The notes beneath the pieces are model-generated. The model worked only from the letters and a program-made list of their open reading frames with translations, searched no databases and was not told the DNA's origin. Position numbers and translations under genes: made by a program. A stretch of DNA of 63,778 nt, filler included, from Dugesia japonica (Eukaryota), in assembly GCA_001938525.1 (NCBI GenBank). It is 5 parts of 5 records of this genome, joined end to end, with 100 filler letters (N's around TTAATTAATTAA, not from the genome) between each part and the next. Parts side by side here need not be neighbours in the genome. Positions count along the whole stretch, not along the records: positions 17,824 to 29,833 come from MQRL01641171.1; positions 29,934 to 44,893 come from MQRL01615806.1; 3 more parts are not named here. The stretch is one strand, 5' to 3'. Shown piece after piece: positions 23,476 through 36,200 of this stretch; position 1 is the first letter of the stretch; every line of letters starts with the position of its first letter.

Positions 23476-25810
23476 GATGTAGTGTTTCTTTCCATCCAAA
23501 AAAGCTTATTGTCTAAGCACGACAGTGCACATTTCTTGCTTTCGATCGTATACAGCCGGTGATTTATTGATCGAAAGCTAGTTTGCTTAACTTTAATTAT
23601 TTACCTAACTTGTTTTTCTTCATTTTCTTCTTCTTCTGCACATATTCCATGATATATATTTAAATAATTTACATTTTGGATATTAGTTTGTTTTAAAATA
23701 ATACCTTTGACTTTCATCGTTATGATTGAATCTTTTATCTTCTTCAAACTGTAACACTTTGGTCGCAAAAAACTCATTCATCATAATCTTCTCCTTGACT
23801 TTCATCTTTGAACAACCTGATTTTATTGGCCACTTCAGTAGTATAAAGTGGATGAACTTTAGGATAATTATTGGTAATCAGTAAACCGTCCGATTTCATT
23901 TCACTCAACAATTTGTTTTATCCACTCCAGTACATGGTAAGAAAAAGCTGTCCGTATTACTTGCAATGATATTGATTTTGCAGTCAAATTGATTTCTATA
24001 TTTTTCTTACTCTTCATACTGTAACTGGTACATGAGCAACTTGCTAAGATTTAACACCACCTAACCAATATAACTAGGCCTATCCAGACAAAAACAATCC
24101 TTCTCCAGCAAGACAGNCTTTTATCCCTCTGCAATATCCATAGTATCTTTGAATGTTACTTTGCTCGTATATGTAACAAATTTATTTTCATTATTACAGA
24201 ATCAGATATTCATTCACTTCGTTAAATTCTCAACCGTCTTGGCGTACAGAGCATTATTCAGCAACTTATAGAAATCCTTCTCAAATTTTGTCTTGGAAGC
24301 CGCTTTTCTCGCTGAATTTGAGTTCAAGTAATTCATAAAAATCTCCGCATGTTTAAATTTAATAATCCTATGTACTGCTGCCACATGAGCTCCAAGCTTT
24401 ATGTATAGTTCCAACAATCGCCAATAAGTAATGTAATGACTTTTTGGCTCATGTGTTAGCAGTAGCTTTTTCACCTTTGATCCTGGTGGGCATTTATGCT
24501 CTGGAGCTAAAAGTAATTGATCTAACCTATCATGATGTTCAATAGGCATCTCCAGATCAATTTTCAACAGGTATCCAACTTCATTATTGTTGTTGCTACT
24601 ACATAATATTATTTGGTACTTCTCTTCAATCTGCTCTTCCAATATGAATTCAAAATCTCTGTATGGTAAAGGCTGTGTTAATTCCCATTCATATAGATTA
24701 TTAACATCATTGTAAAGCAATGAAGTATTCTCATCTGCTAGCACGTAATGTCTATTTACGAATGTCATAGCACTTCAAATTCTTGTTTAAAATAACCGAT
24801 ACATTTCCGGATCTTGTAGTAATTCCAATGGTCTATCCAAGGTTTTAAGAGCACTTGACCAACTCAATCCAGGTAGCGATACGAATCAAAGTGACTCTAA
24901 CCTATGTTCTTCAAGTGCCTTTTTTCTGAATGTTTGGAATACATAAGCCAATAGGTAAATAACCAGTTTCATATAATATCAAATCTATTACAAAAGATTC
25001 TCGCTCTTAGATTCCGTCCATGCCGACATTGCTATTTGATATTCTTCACTGGTTATTTTTTGCCATTTTGCTGGTAGGAAGTTTTGATTAACAAGCGTCT
25101 TATAAGATGTCGCAAATTTGAATGGAAATATTCCTTTACTCTGATGTTCTTGCTGTGGAAATTCACTTGATTTAATTGGCTAGCCTTCGAGATTTGCAGT
25201 TAATGCTGATAATGAACTGCTCAGAAATCAAAAGGAATCAATAAACCGAATTGTGACTTTATTACCCATACATGCAAACATTGCCAGGAATCTTTATGTG
25301 GTTTGTGATATTGACCAGAGCTCCCAATGCTGGAATAGATTTAGGTCATACTTGATTGTATGATGAGAATCATAAACTTTAAAGTTATGAAACACAACAG
25401 GTAATTCCATCCTGATCTTCTTGGACAAGTTGCATTGATTGTCTGCAGCTCCAATACATTTTCCCGAGAAATAATCGTGATCTCGAACCAGCTTTTTGTT
25501 TTTAATTCCATACAAGTAGCAATGTGCGCTTTTCAATCGTTGTTATTTTCATGTCTGCACACATGTTTTTCTTGTACCAAGGTGCAACCACATTTTTTGA
25601 TAATGCATCAATACAATGGAGAAACTGAAACATACAATTTTCTCCAGAAAATGAATGATATTCACATTTTCTTGTTTCGTCCAGCAATGAAATTAATAAA
25701 AGTCCCACAGCTAATGGTACATGCTTTACTCGACCATCATCTTTCTGAATCAAAAGAGCTTCTATATATGCGTATACTATTGAACAATATACCAATATTA
25801 TTATCACAAT
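23476..25810 (-). pseudogene. Protein-primed family B DNA polymerase of element B
   Basis: VRDHDYFSGK...CNL, VVFHNFKVYDSH, IRFIDSF, KGIFP, SLPGLSW, YNDVNNLY, FYKLLNNALYAKTVEN, NTDSF, KVKGI, LSCLDNK; many stops and frameshifts. Confidence 0.92.
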
Positions 25811-27283
25811 TATTATTTAATTATAATTTATTATTATTATTTATTCTCTTGGAAAATATTTAATGTGAAAATTATAAATAAACTATTCACAACATTATAT
25901 TTCATAAAAAAATAATCAATTCAAATTTATTATCAATTTATCGTTATTTATTATTCTTTTCAAAATAAAAAATCAAAAGTACTAATTTCAGAATAAATAT
26001 TAAATTAACATTTTCCAAACATCCAACTAATTATCAGTGGGTTATTTTAATAATATTAAATAAAAAAATTATTTTCACGAGGTTCAAAAAAGGTTATAAT
26101 TACTTTCATAAAGTCATTACAATAATATATTAGAATTTTTTAAACAATAATTCTAATAAACAATAATTTAATTTAAAAAAAACATATATTAAAAAAAAAT
26201 ATATTAATTAATAAATTATTACTTTATCATTTAATTAATCATTATTCTCTTTAAAAATATTGTATATATTAATAAAAAAAATGTTTTCGTTTAAAATAAT
26301 AATTTCAATTTATTATTAAAAATAATAATTACTTTATCATTGCATCAAAATCATCATCAATTGAATCCATGTATGTAAAAAAAAATCATTTTAAAAAATA
26401 ATAAATTAAATTAAAAAAATGACTTTCAGCATTTTCATTTTTAATTCCTGTAGATAATATCACTGTTGTATCCATAAATAATTTTTTGTTTAATTGAGAA
26501 TATTTCAAATTCATAGTCTGTAAATAATTTTGTTAAAATATAATAAGTTTAATTTAAAAAGCTTTTCCGAGTCTTTACTTAAAAACCTTGGCGATGATGC
26601 TGCTGCATCAAAAGATTCAGATTTATTTGAATTCATGTCTGAAAAAAAGTAATTTAAAAACAATAAAATAAATTTTATAAAATACCTTTTTCACATTCAT
26701 TTAAAAATCCTAATGATAATTCTTCCTCATTCATTGAATTAATTTTGTAATAATAATAAATAAGAAAAATATTAAATTTTAAAAAAAATTACTTGTTTTT
26801 AGTATTAGCGGATTTCACTAATAAATAATGAAATTAATTATGAAATTTTTTTAAATATCGATAGAGTTCAAAGTTGGACTTTATCAACAATATACCAATT
26901 TATCATAATAATAAATAATTGTGATGTAATAATTTAAACTTACCTTTAAACTTCATTGTAAAAATTTTATAATACAATATAGTGATGTAATAATTTTTAT
27001 AATGAAAATTTTAACTTACCTATGATCTATTGATATATATCAATATATTATTACGTTTATATTAACTTATCGATAATATATTGCTTTATGTTTATATTGA
27101 AACTATTATTTTATATAAAATAATGTNNNNNNNNNNNNNNNNNNNNNNNNNNNNNNNNNNNNNNNNNNNNNNNNNNNNNNNNNNNNNNNNNNNNNNNNNN
27201 NNNNNNNNNNNNNNNNNNNNNNNNNNNNNNNNNNNNNNNNNNNNNNNNNNNNNNNNNNNNNNNNNNNNNNNNNNNNNNNNNNN

Positions 27284-27350
<67 letters not shown>
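27284..27350. repeat. (ATT)n microsatellite
   Basis: Directly visible next to an N-run. Confidence 0.95.
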
Positions 27351-27353
27351 GTC

Positions 27354-27388
27354 AATTCCTGACGAAGTCAAGGTCGAAATATCGAATT
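27354..27388 (+). ncRNA. Minimal type I hammerhead ribozyme (Penelope-type)
   Basis: AATTC CTGACGA AGTCAAGGTC GAA ATAT C GAATT: stem I AATTC/GAATT, CUGANGA and GAAA cores, palindromic minimal helix III; stem II imperfect. Confidence 0.7.
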
Positions 27389-27479
27389 ATTATCCAATAT
27401 CAATAAAAAAACCAAATTTTTATTATAGCTTTTATTTTAAAATAGACGAGGAAAAGGTTAAACAATCAACTAGCATATA

Positions 27480-27775
27480 TATTGTTCCTAAGGTTAATAG
27501 GCTATGCAAATGTATTTGATGGAACTGATTCCATGTGCAAACATAAATAATGATTATTGATATATTTTGATATGTGTTGATTTATTTAGTCCATACGCAC
27601 GTGGAGTTTCAGTAAAACGGAAATCTGATAAAGATATTTTGTTGGCTTTGACGGCAATGATTAAAGATGTTCACCCGAAAGCTATTCAAACCGATTTGGG
27701 TAAAGAGCTTTATAATACCCCGGTCAAATCATTACTGAAACAAAATTGCATACTGCACTATCCAGTATTTTCTCA
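27480..27775 (+). pseudogene. Polinton integrase core fragment
   Basis: YILICVDLFSPYA...KRKS...PKAIQTDLGKELYN...ILHY; breaks off before the catalytic E. Confidence 0.8.
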
Positions 27776-27779
27776 TATG

Positions 27780-28058
27780 TGTCTTACATATGTGCAATCA
27801 ATTATTCGTTATATGGGTCTGTTAAATGTAGATCGAAACAATGGTATTACAATGAAGGAATTTAAAGACTCATTTACGTTTTTCACCTCTGTATCGGCTC
27901 AGGACCTTGCAGTTGATCAACCAAAATTGCCTAAAACCGGCAATCTCAATTTGGATGTGCGATTCTAGAAAGCCTTGACAGAATCAGTAACAACGTATGC
28001 ATATGGAATATTTGATTTGGAAATTCAAATCACCAAGAATAGAGTAGTAATTGGATAA
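27780..28058 (+). pseudogene. Polinton major capsid protein, C-terminal fragment
   Basis: NNGITMKEFKDSFTFF...DL...KTGNLNLDVRF*KALTESVTTYAYGIFDLEIQITKNRVV fits the classic Polinton MCP C-terminus. Confidence 0.8.
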
Positions 28059-28172
28059 ACAATGCATACATACATACTTGTGTGTATGTGTATTGCAGAA
28101 CATGAAGTATGGATTGTTTTTCTACAAAGAATAATTTTATTGATTGATAGTAATTTCTAGATTAAAACAATA

Positions 28173-28494
28173 TTGAAACATAAATTTGGTAGTAGGCGAT
28201 TCAAAAGAGTATATCCACTGGAACAATTACCGGACTTTCTTCGAAATGGATCCTTTGTGATCAATACACACACATCAAATTTAGATGGTGTACATGGGAT
28301 TGCTATTCACGTCAAACCAAATATTAATCGTGTATTTGATCCAGTGGATATGTTTTATTCACCAATGCTGGTAACAAATTGGAGCGTATACAGCAGCGTG
28401 TCGAGTATAATCAAGTCTTTTACCAAATTCTATTGATATTTTTATGTGGACAATATTGTATTAAATGGCTCAAAAGCCAGTATAGACAATCTTA
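28173..28494 (+). pseudogene. Adenain-like cysteine maturation protease
   Basis: FVINTHTSNLDGVHGIA (HW mutated to HG), FDP, then after a frameshift YQ...CGQYCI. Confidence 0.82.
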
Positions 28495-28519
28495 ACGTGA
28501 TTATTAATAAATATTTAAA

Positions 28520-28966
28520 ATGTCAGTGTTTTTAATTGATTATGAAGTCTTTCAGTATAATAATGGTGACTATCTAATTAAANAATTGCGTAAAATGGAT
28601 GTTGGTAATATTCTTCAACCGTTTTATTACATGTTTGCCATGACGGAATCAATGGTTAGTTTACCAAAGTCTGCTCAAACAACCAATGAGTACTTACGAC
28701 TCTGGCGTCGTCATCTCAGATGGATTGATCTAGATTGTAAATTTGATCCAATTCAAATTCTGAATGACTTGCAAGCAATTCTTGATAATGCATTGTTTTA
28801 TGTGAATGGAAAGAAAATTAATACTCTCAAACACTTTTTTCCGAGTCTTCTAACTGTTAATTATAACTCAAAGGGGCAATCTCAAATAAGTATATCGGAT
28901 AATAATGTCTGTCCATATTATAATCAAGGAGATTACGGTGCTTACAAGAAATGTTTAAAACTGTAA
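28520..28966 (+). CDS. Polinton accessory protein with a DnaQ/DEDD-like fold
   Basis: FLIDYEVF...YLIKxL...TNEYL...HLRW...FYVNGKK and a C-terminal CP...C, resembling a recurrent Polinton gene (D.E/Q.F...KE...H...W). Confidence 0.55.
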   Translation: MSVFLIDYEVFQYNNGDYLIKXLRKMDVGNILQPFYYMFAMTESMVSLPKSAQTTNEYLRLWRRHLRWIDLDCKFDPIQILNDLQAILDNALFYVNGKKINTLKHFFPSLLTVNYNSKGQSQISISDNNVCPYYNQGDYGAYKKCLKL

Positions 28967-29933
28967 GTACATTGCCAGCAATCGTGTAAATAAACATTTT
29001 CTTTACGTATTTTTTTTATTAATAATAATATAAATTATTATAATAATATTGATAATAATAATAAAATATTAAGATTCATCAATAAAGTCATGCTTGAAGT
29101 GTAAAATTTCACACATAAAACATGAAGGTTCACACGTAAAAATATATTGAAGCTCATCATTAGTTTTACTTCAAATTGGAAAAGGTTTGAAAAATCTAGA
29201 TTTAAGGTGTGAAAGTTCATTATTTACATTACGGCGAGAAATTTCCCACATAAAAAACATTTAGATTGTGAAAGTTCAGTATTTAGATTAAGGCGTGAAA
29301 GTTTACACTCGAGGTGGGATAATTCACGCATAAAAAACATTTATTAAAGGCGTGAAAATTGACCTCAAAGGTGTGAAAATTCACTCCAATTGTTGTTTAC
29401 ATAAAGAGGCGTGAACGGTGATGCGCCACTTCAAGTCGTAAAAGCAACTAACCAACTACTTCAGAAAATTTGAACTACTAACAAAAACTAATAAAATATT
29501 AAAAATAAATAAAGAAAACAACATTTTGATCGAAACTTTCAATTCAAATTTATATTTAAATGTAATTTTAAAATATAACCATTTTAATAATCAATTTAAT
29601 AATATTGATATCTGACAAAAATTTTAAAATACGATTTTTATGTTTATTGAATTTATATTAATTGAAATCAGTGTTTCGAATCCAATAATTATTTTAGAAA
29701 TAATTACATTAGCATTAAATATTTTATATTAAATAATCAATGAAATAAATATAATAATAAATATATTATTTATAATTAAAATTAAATTAATAAATTTGTG
29801 ATTAGAAAATTTTTTTCTGGAATTCGAAAATTCNNNNNNNNNNNNNNNNNNNNNNNNNNNNNNNNNNNNNNNNNNNNTTAATTAATTAANNNNNNNNNNN
29901 NNNNNNNNNNNNNNNNNNNNNNNNNNNNNNNNN

Positions 29934-30500
29934 GTCAGAATTACAGAGGGCAGAATAAATAATAAATGGTCAGAATTTATATAAAATGGTCAGAATTTAT
30001 ATAAAATGGTCAGAATTTATATAAAATAGTCAGGATTACAGAGGGCAGAATAAATCATAAATGGTCAGAATTACAGAGGGCAGAATAAATAATAAATGGT
30101 CAGAATTACAGAGGGCAGAATAAATAATAAATGGTCAGAATTTATATAAAATGGTCAGAATTTATATAAAATAGTCAGAATTACAGAGGGCAGAATATAT
30201 AATAAATGGTCAGAATTTATATTAAAAGGTCAGAATTACAGTGGGCAAAATAAATAATAAATGATCAGATTTTATATATAATGGTCATAATTTAAATAAT
30301 AATATAATATAACCGAAATGGTTATAAAATTCTGACCGTATAATAATTTTATTCTGACCATAAATTTATTAAAATTCTGAATATAAATTTATTNNNNNNN
30401 NNNNNNNNNNNNNNNNNNNNNNNNNNNNNNNNNNNNNNNNNNNNNNNNNNNNNNNNNNNNNTAAAATTCTGATCAAAAATTGATTTAAATTCTGACCATT
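29934..30500. repeat. Compound 20/35-bp tandem repeat with inverted copies (foldback/MULE-like end)
   Basis: GGTCAGAATTACAGAGGGCAGAATAAATAATAAAT and GGTCAGAATTTATATAAAAT units; inverted ATTCTGACC units from 30330. Confidence 0.85.
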
Positions 30501-31299
30501 TAATTTGTCGTAATAAATTAATAAGTTATTTCCTGAATAATACAATTGTCTAAAATTCGAATTACAACTATAATTCATTTAAAATAAAAGCTTCTATCAA
30601 AATTTGTTTTTTTTTTGGTTTTTGAAAATAAAGCTATATTTTGACTTTGTTTTCTTTGCTAAAAGTCAATTCTTGAAGAAGACATTCCAAATATAGAATT
30701 ATTTTCAAAAACCAAAAAAACAAATTTTGATTGAAGCTTTTATTTTAAATGAATTCTAAAAACAATTATTCTCGCAATAATTGCAATTGTAATACAACAT
30801 TTTGATCGAACCGATTTAATTTAGTGAAACTTTAAAGGTAACATAATTATTATTCATTCTAGATATCAAACGATAGTTCTCCGTTTTTACCTTTTTAATT
30901 TTCCTAATAAATGCCTCCATAGGCTCATCCGATAAAAACTCGATAGAAATTTCAAAACTGTAATTGAGCCAAATAATTATTAATTACAAAATTTATTTTT
31001 CACGATTTTCCCAATTCAAAGAATTTAGTACAAATATACTAAATTTTATAAGATAATTCTAGTTTATTTCATGTGTAAGGTCAGAAATTAATTGAAATTT
31101 AGAAAATGACCCTAAAATAATACATTTAAAAAAATTGTTCCAAAAATTAAACATGTTAAAAATATAATTATAAAAAAATTACAAAAATTAAATTAAAAAT
31201 ATTAAATTACTCATACTTAAATTATGAAACCCTTTTAAACGATTAACTTTAATCCTTTCAATTTATTTATTCCAACTTTCTTTTATTACTTCAAATAAT

Positions 31300-32030
31300 T
31301 TCTCAAATTATTCTCTAATGACATTATAACGCCACATAAATTCATAAAGATATATTTTTCTAAGTCCTCTCATATTTTTACAACGAGGTTTTTGTTTATT
31401 CTAATATGATTCAACATTCTGAGTATGAGCTCCTATTTTAGGATTAATAAAGTTAACTTTATGGTTAACTGTCAGCTGTTCCTATTCCAGTGTAACAAGA
31501 GAATAATCAGCCTTCCACTCATCACTATGAATAATACTACCCGGATGGACTATCTGAGTAATTGTTGGGAATGAAATTTCATCTTTTCTATCAGGTAGCA
31601 CCTACATGAATCATTTAGCGATAACAGAACTGCATCCTACAATTTCTATAACCCATTTTTGAGAATCCGAAACCTGGATGTTAATTTTGTTTATAACAAA
31701 ATAAACTTTCGTCAATTTGACATACAGCAATTTCCTCGCCGAGTTTAATTGGATGTCTCAAGAAGTAGTAGATCTTAATTAGATTGTAATTTTTAATATG
31801 GCACATACTTTCTTCAATTATCCATCGATATAAAATCTCCAGCAAAGCTTTAAGATCGATTGTGGAACTGCCAAAAAATGAAATTTCTCTTATGAATGTT
31901 ATAGTTTTATAGTGACTGCATTGTTTATTTTGGCATTTCCATACAAATATATCTCTTATGGATGTCTTTTTTGTTCAATTCATCTCAATTTCATAGTACT
32001 TACATTGTATTGCTGAAGTCGTCAACAAAT
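31300..32030 (-). pseudogene. Merlin/IS1595 transposase remnant
   Basis: CQIDESLF, WVIEIV, LPDRK, VHPGSIIHSDEWKA, LTVNHKVNFINP..GAHTQNVES. Confidence 0.85.
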
Positions 32031-33279
32031 TTTATTTAAAGACCTGTATAACAAATTATTTATAATAATTTTAAACCACTTATTAAAAAATATTAGATTA
32101 ATAAATTACAAAGAAATAGTATTTAATACCCAATAAAATGTTATAAAAATCACACTTAAATAATACATATTGACCCTAAAATTAAAGATATTCAAAAAAT
32201 GATCCTAAAATAATACATTAAAAATTCGCTTAATAAAGAAAAATATCTAACGAAATTGTCATAAATATAAATAAATTGTTAATATTCAATTTTTTAATCA
32301 CCTAATTTAGAGCTATTACAGACATTTTAGAGCTATCGAAACTTTATGTAATAATAAATCTTTTAAAAATGTAAAATTCGGATTTTTTTAAATATAATGA
32401 TTTGGACCCAGACTCCTTGGTTTTTTAAAATATTGGACCCATTTAGATAGAGTTTAAAAAGTCGGATTTTCAGAAACACTACAAGTGGTTCACTCGAAAT
32501 TATTAAATGGGTCGCTCGTGGGTCAATAGTTGTCGATGCCTATTTTTGATTGTTTATAATAATTAAAGTTTTCAAATGTAAATAATTTACTCTCGTAATA
32601 GCATGTATGGTTTTTTTATATTCTGAAATTCACTTTGCTTTTATTTTTAAATATCTACTCAGGTTATTGTTTACCATTTATTTTTAGTTTTTTGATTTTA
32701 TATATTAAGTTTAAGATTGAAAGTGACTTTTATAGTTTTGATGTGATATAAATATATTTCTTTTCAGCATATTTCACTGAGCAAAATTATTTAGTCAAAT
32801 TTGCTTGTCAACAAATAACATGTCAACACAATTTTTATTAGAGTATTACTAAATACAAATTGACCTTCCTTATTCACTTATGTAAATCCTTGACTAAATG
32901 ACATCATTTTGGATCAATCAATTCAGAACAAACGAAGTTAAAATATTTTCACATGTAATTCAAATAAAATGTGTTCATTAATAATAATTACCGTAGTTAC
33001 TTTACAAATAATAAAAAAACTAAATGAACTATCGGGTTGTTAATTGAATTACACTAATAATTGTTCTCTATATTTCTCACGAGAGGATAAAAACGTATTT
33101 ATCTGTATTATCTTTTTTCAGTTGACATATTTACTCTTTAAGACGACCAATTTGTTATTTAAAAGCAAGCTATAACCTAGTGTATTACTCTTATTTATTA
33201 ATTGTTAAAATCAGTTCTTTAAATTATACACTGATAATTACATATTTAAATTTATTATAATTTAGCTAAAAATAATAAC

Positions 33280-36200
33280 ATGACAAAACGTTATACAGTT
33301 CATGGACAACTCATTAATGGTAAGAATCATGATCGAAATAAATATGATTATAACTGTAAGATTTAGACGATCAAAACGGTGATCTTTTTATTGTTCGTTT
33401 GAAGAAAAACGATGAAAAAGATACATTACCACCAAAACAAACGCTTATTAGTGATATTATTGTTGATGGTATAGAAAATTAAAAACTTTTAAAACTATAT
33501 TCGTAATTTGGTGTATTTAGAACCGAAATTGACTTTTGTGGTAGATGATTTTAAAAAATCAGATTCTGTAGGTTTAGATATTGTACAATCTGAACCTCTT
33601 TGTACAATTCAATCGCACACGGTATTCATTTTATTGATATTTTTTATTATGTGAATTTTATTCCCTTTATTTATTACTTTATTTTTTTATAATATATTTG
33701 GTTAATATTTTGAAATTGTAAATATTCTAAATTTGACTTGTTAGGAAAATCGTTCGAAGACAATTTATTTTCAATATAAAAACTATCAATTTTATAAATA
33801 TTTAATTAAACAAAATTCAAGAATAACTCTATAAAATAAAACAGCATAAATAGAATGGATCATCAGATAAAAATAATTTTAATTTATTTTTTGATTAATA
33901 TTTTTCACAATTAATTCATCTTCATAAAAAATATTTAAAATTATTTTAATAAGATTTGAAAAAAACTTTCCAAATAAATTATACATTATTCATTTATTAT
34001 TTTACAATTATTTTTATTATTATTTTTATATGGCTAAATTGTAAATGAATTTTCTACAACTTTTCTTTCAACTTGGTAGTTTTCATGTTAGTAATTCGCA
34101 TTGAATTGATACTATCAATTTAAATATTAAAATTATCTTTGAATTAAGATTTTAATAGCTTTGTTACAATTTTAGATATTTGCATTTGATATACAAAGAT
34201 TTATTTAAATTAAAAACAAATATGTGCTAATGCACATCTTCTGCCCTCGACTATACCATCTCAGGCTCTTTCTCGTTGTCTTTTGTTGGTCTTATTCTGC
34301 TTGATTGGTATCGTTTTTTGCCTTGATTTCTCCTGGTTAGTTTTTCAGTGCCTCCGATTCAATTGGAATTTCTTCGTCATCAAGTGGTCCACACTGAAGA
34401 TATATTTCATTTAGTTTCTCTTCAACCAATCCATTATTAACTACGAGAATTTCAGTATATTACGGAATAACATCTACAAAGTTTAAGATATTGTGGAAAA
34501 TCCAGGTAAATTTACTCCATCTAATATTAGAAACTATCATATCCGTTTTAACTTGGCCAATTTTACTTTTCGTTATTTTCAGTTTTCTTTGGGTTATATC
34601 ATTTCCTATTCTCCAAGAACCAAAGCATCCAATCGCAAGGGTATCTAGGAAAATCTTCCAGTTCGGCAGGTTGTTTTGTAGGTAATCTTTTAGTGATGGG
34701 TATTTTGAAATGTTGGCCTGTTTTTCTTCTATATTATCGAGGCTATCATAAGGAGTCTTGGTATCAAGGAACTAGAGTTCTCTGTTTTCTTTTATTTCAT
34801 TTTGAAACATTGAATTTGCGAGTTCACATTTACGATCTTATAGAATTTTGAATTTGGAATTCGAATCATCTAAGGCTTAAAATACTGAAATATTGACGAT
34901 CGCATTATACCGGTTTATGACATAATAATTAGAAAATATAAAATTTTTTAAGATCTTTTAAATTATAACGTCAATGCAGCATTTAAATATTAATGTTTAT
35001 ATAATCTCATGATAATAATCATTTTTTGACCTTGTAAATAACTCAATAAAATAAAAGCTTCGATCAATATTTTTTTGTTTTTCATAATAATTCAAATTGA
35101 AATTCAATTCAATAATAATTGAATTGTTATCAAAAACAATAAAAAATTTTGATCGAAGCTTTTATTTTAATGAATTCTGAAAAACGATCAATGGTTATGT
35201 CCAACAATTATTCTAGCAATAATTGTAAATAACTGCTTAATTAAAAACAAAATATTCAAATCAATAATTTTAGTTTGTATCAACGTATCATAAATTTCAT
35301 ACACAGACATTTCACATAAAAACTTTTCACATAAAAACTTTTCACATAAAGAATTTTCACATAAAACTTTTTCACATAAAAACTTTTCAAATAAAAATTT
35401 TTCACATAAAAACTTTTCACATAAAAACTTATAATAATATATTAGATCAAATAAATAAAAGATCAGAAGAACAAATCAGGCATTATTAAAACTAAAAAAA
35501 ATCAAATTATTATATCAGCATGGTTAATGCTTAATTCGATCAAATAGGTTAAAGATTTATGAAATAAATACCAGATAATATAATTNNNNNNNNNNNNNNN
35601 NNNNNNNNNNNNNNNNNNNNNNNNNNNNNNNNNNNCTTGATGAAAAATTGCATTAAAAAAATTGTTAAAATATATGGCTCTTCCATTTATACCTGAAGAA
35701 GATAAAATTGATGTATTCAAAGACCTTTTTAGCAGTTCATCTCCAGTATTAGAAGATTTTGTGAAATATATTGGCCGTGTNTATATTGGAGCAGAACCTA
35801 ATGGTGAAAATTGGAATTTAATTACTCCTAAATTTGCTGTCAATACTTGGAATTGTTATAATTTTGTAATTTCTGGATATAGAAGGACAAATAATGCTGA
35901 AGGATGGCATTCTCGATTCCAAAAAGTAGTTGTTGCAAAGCATGCAAAAATATGGAAATTCATAGATTATTTGAAAAATGATGAAAGAGAAAAAATGATG
36001 ATGAAAATTTTGATTTCGCAACTGCTGGCAGGTCATACTAAAATCATACTAAAAAAAATATATTGTCAATAATAGTAAGATCGAAATTATTGTTCAATCC
36101 TGTGCAGAATGTCAAAAAAATGGAGATATAGGTGACTATCTTTTAAGCATAAGGAAATTACTCAAAAATAACTTTGTATTTATTGATGAATAAAAGTTAA

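Larger units (their letters stand above)
23343..29460. mobile_element. Polinton/Maverick element B, 6.1 kb, internally deleted, both ends present
   Basis: Starts AGTATGTGGTTAG and ends CTAACCAACTACT (revcomp AGTAGTTGGTTAG); ~120-bp inverted repeats at 23356-23475 and about 29203-29328; 6-bp TSD TTAGAA (23337-23342) / TCAGAA (29461-29466). Confidence 0.92.

Noticed and set aside
27081-27371. Poly-I and poly-N ORFs and other X-rich ORFs
   Set aside because: Artefacts of N-runs and (ATT)n.
29934-30300. CRISPR-like repeat array
   Set aside because: The intervening segments are themselves repeated rather than unique spacers, the context is eukaryotic, and no cas genes are present.
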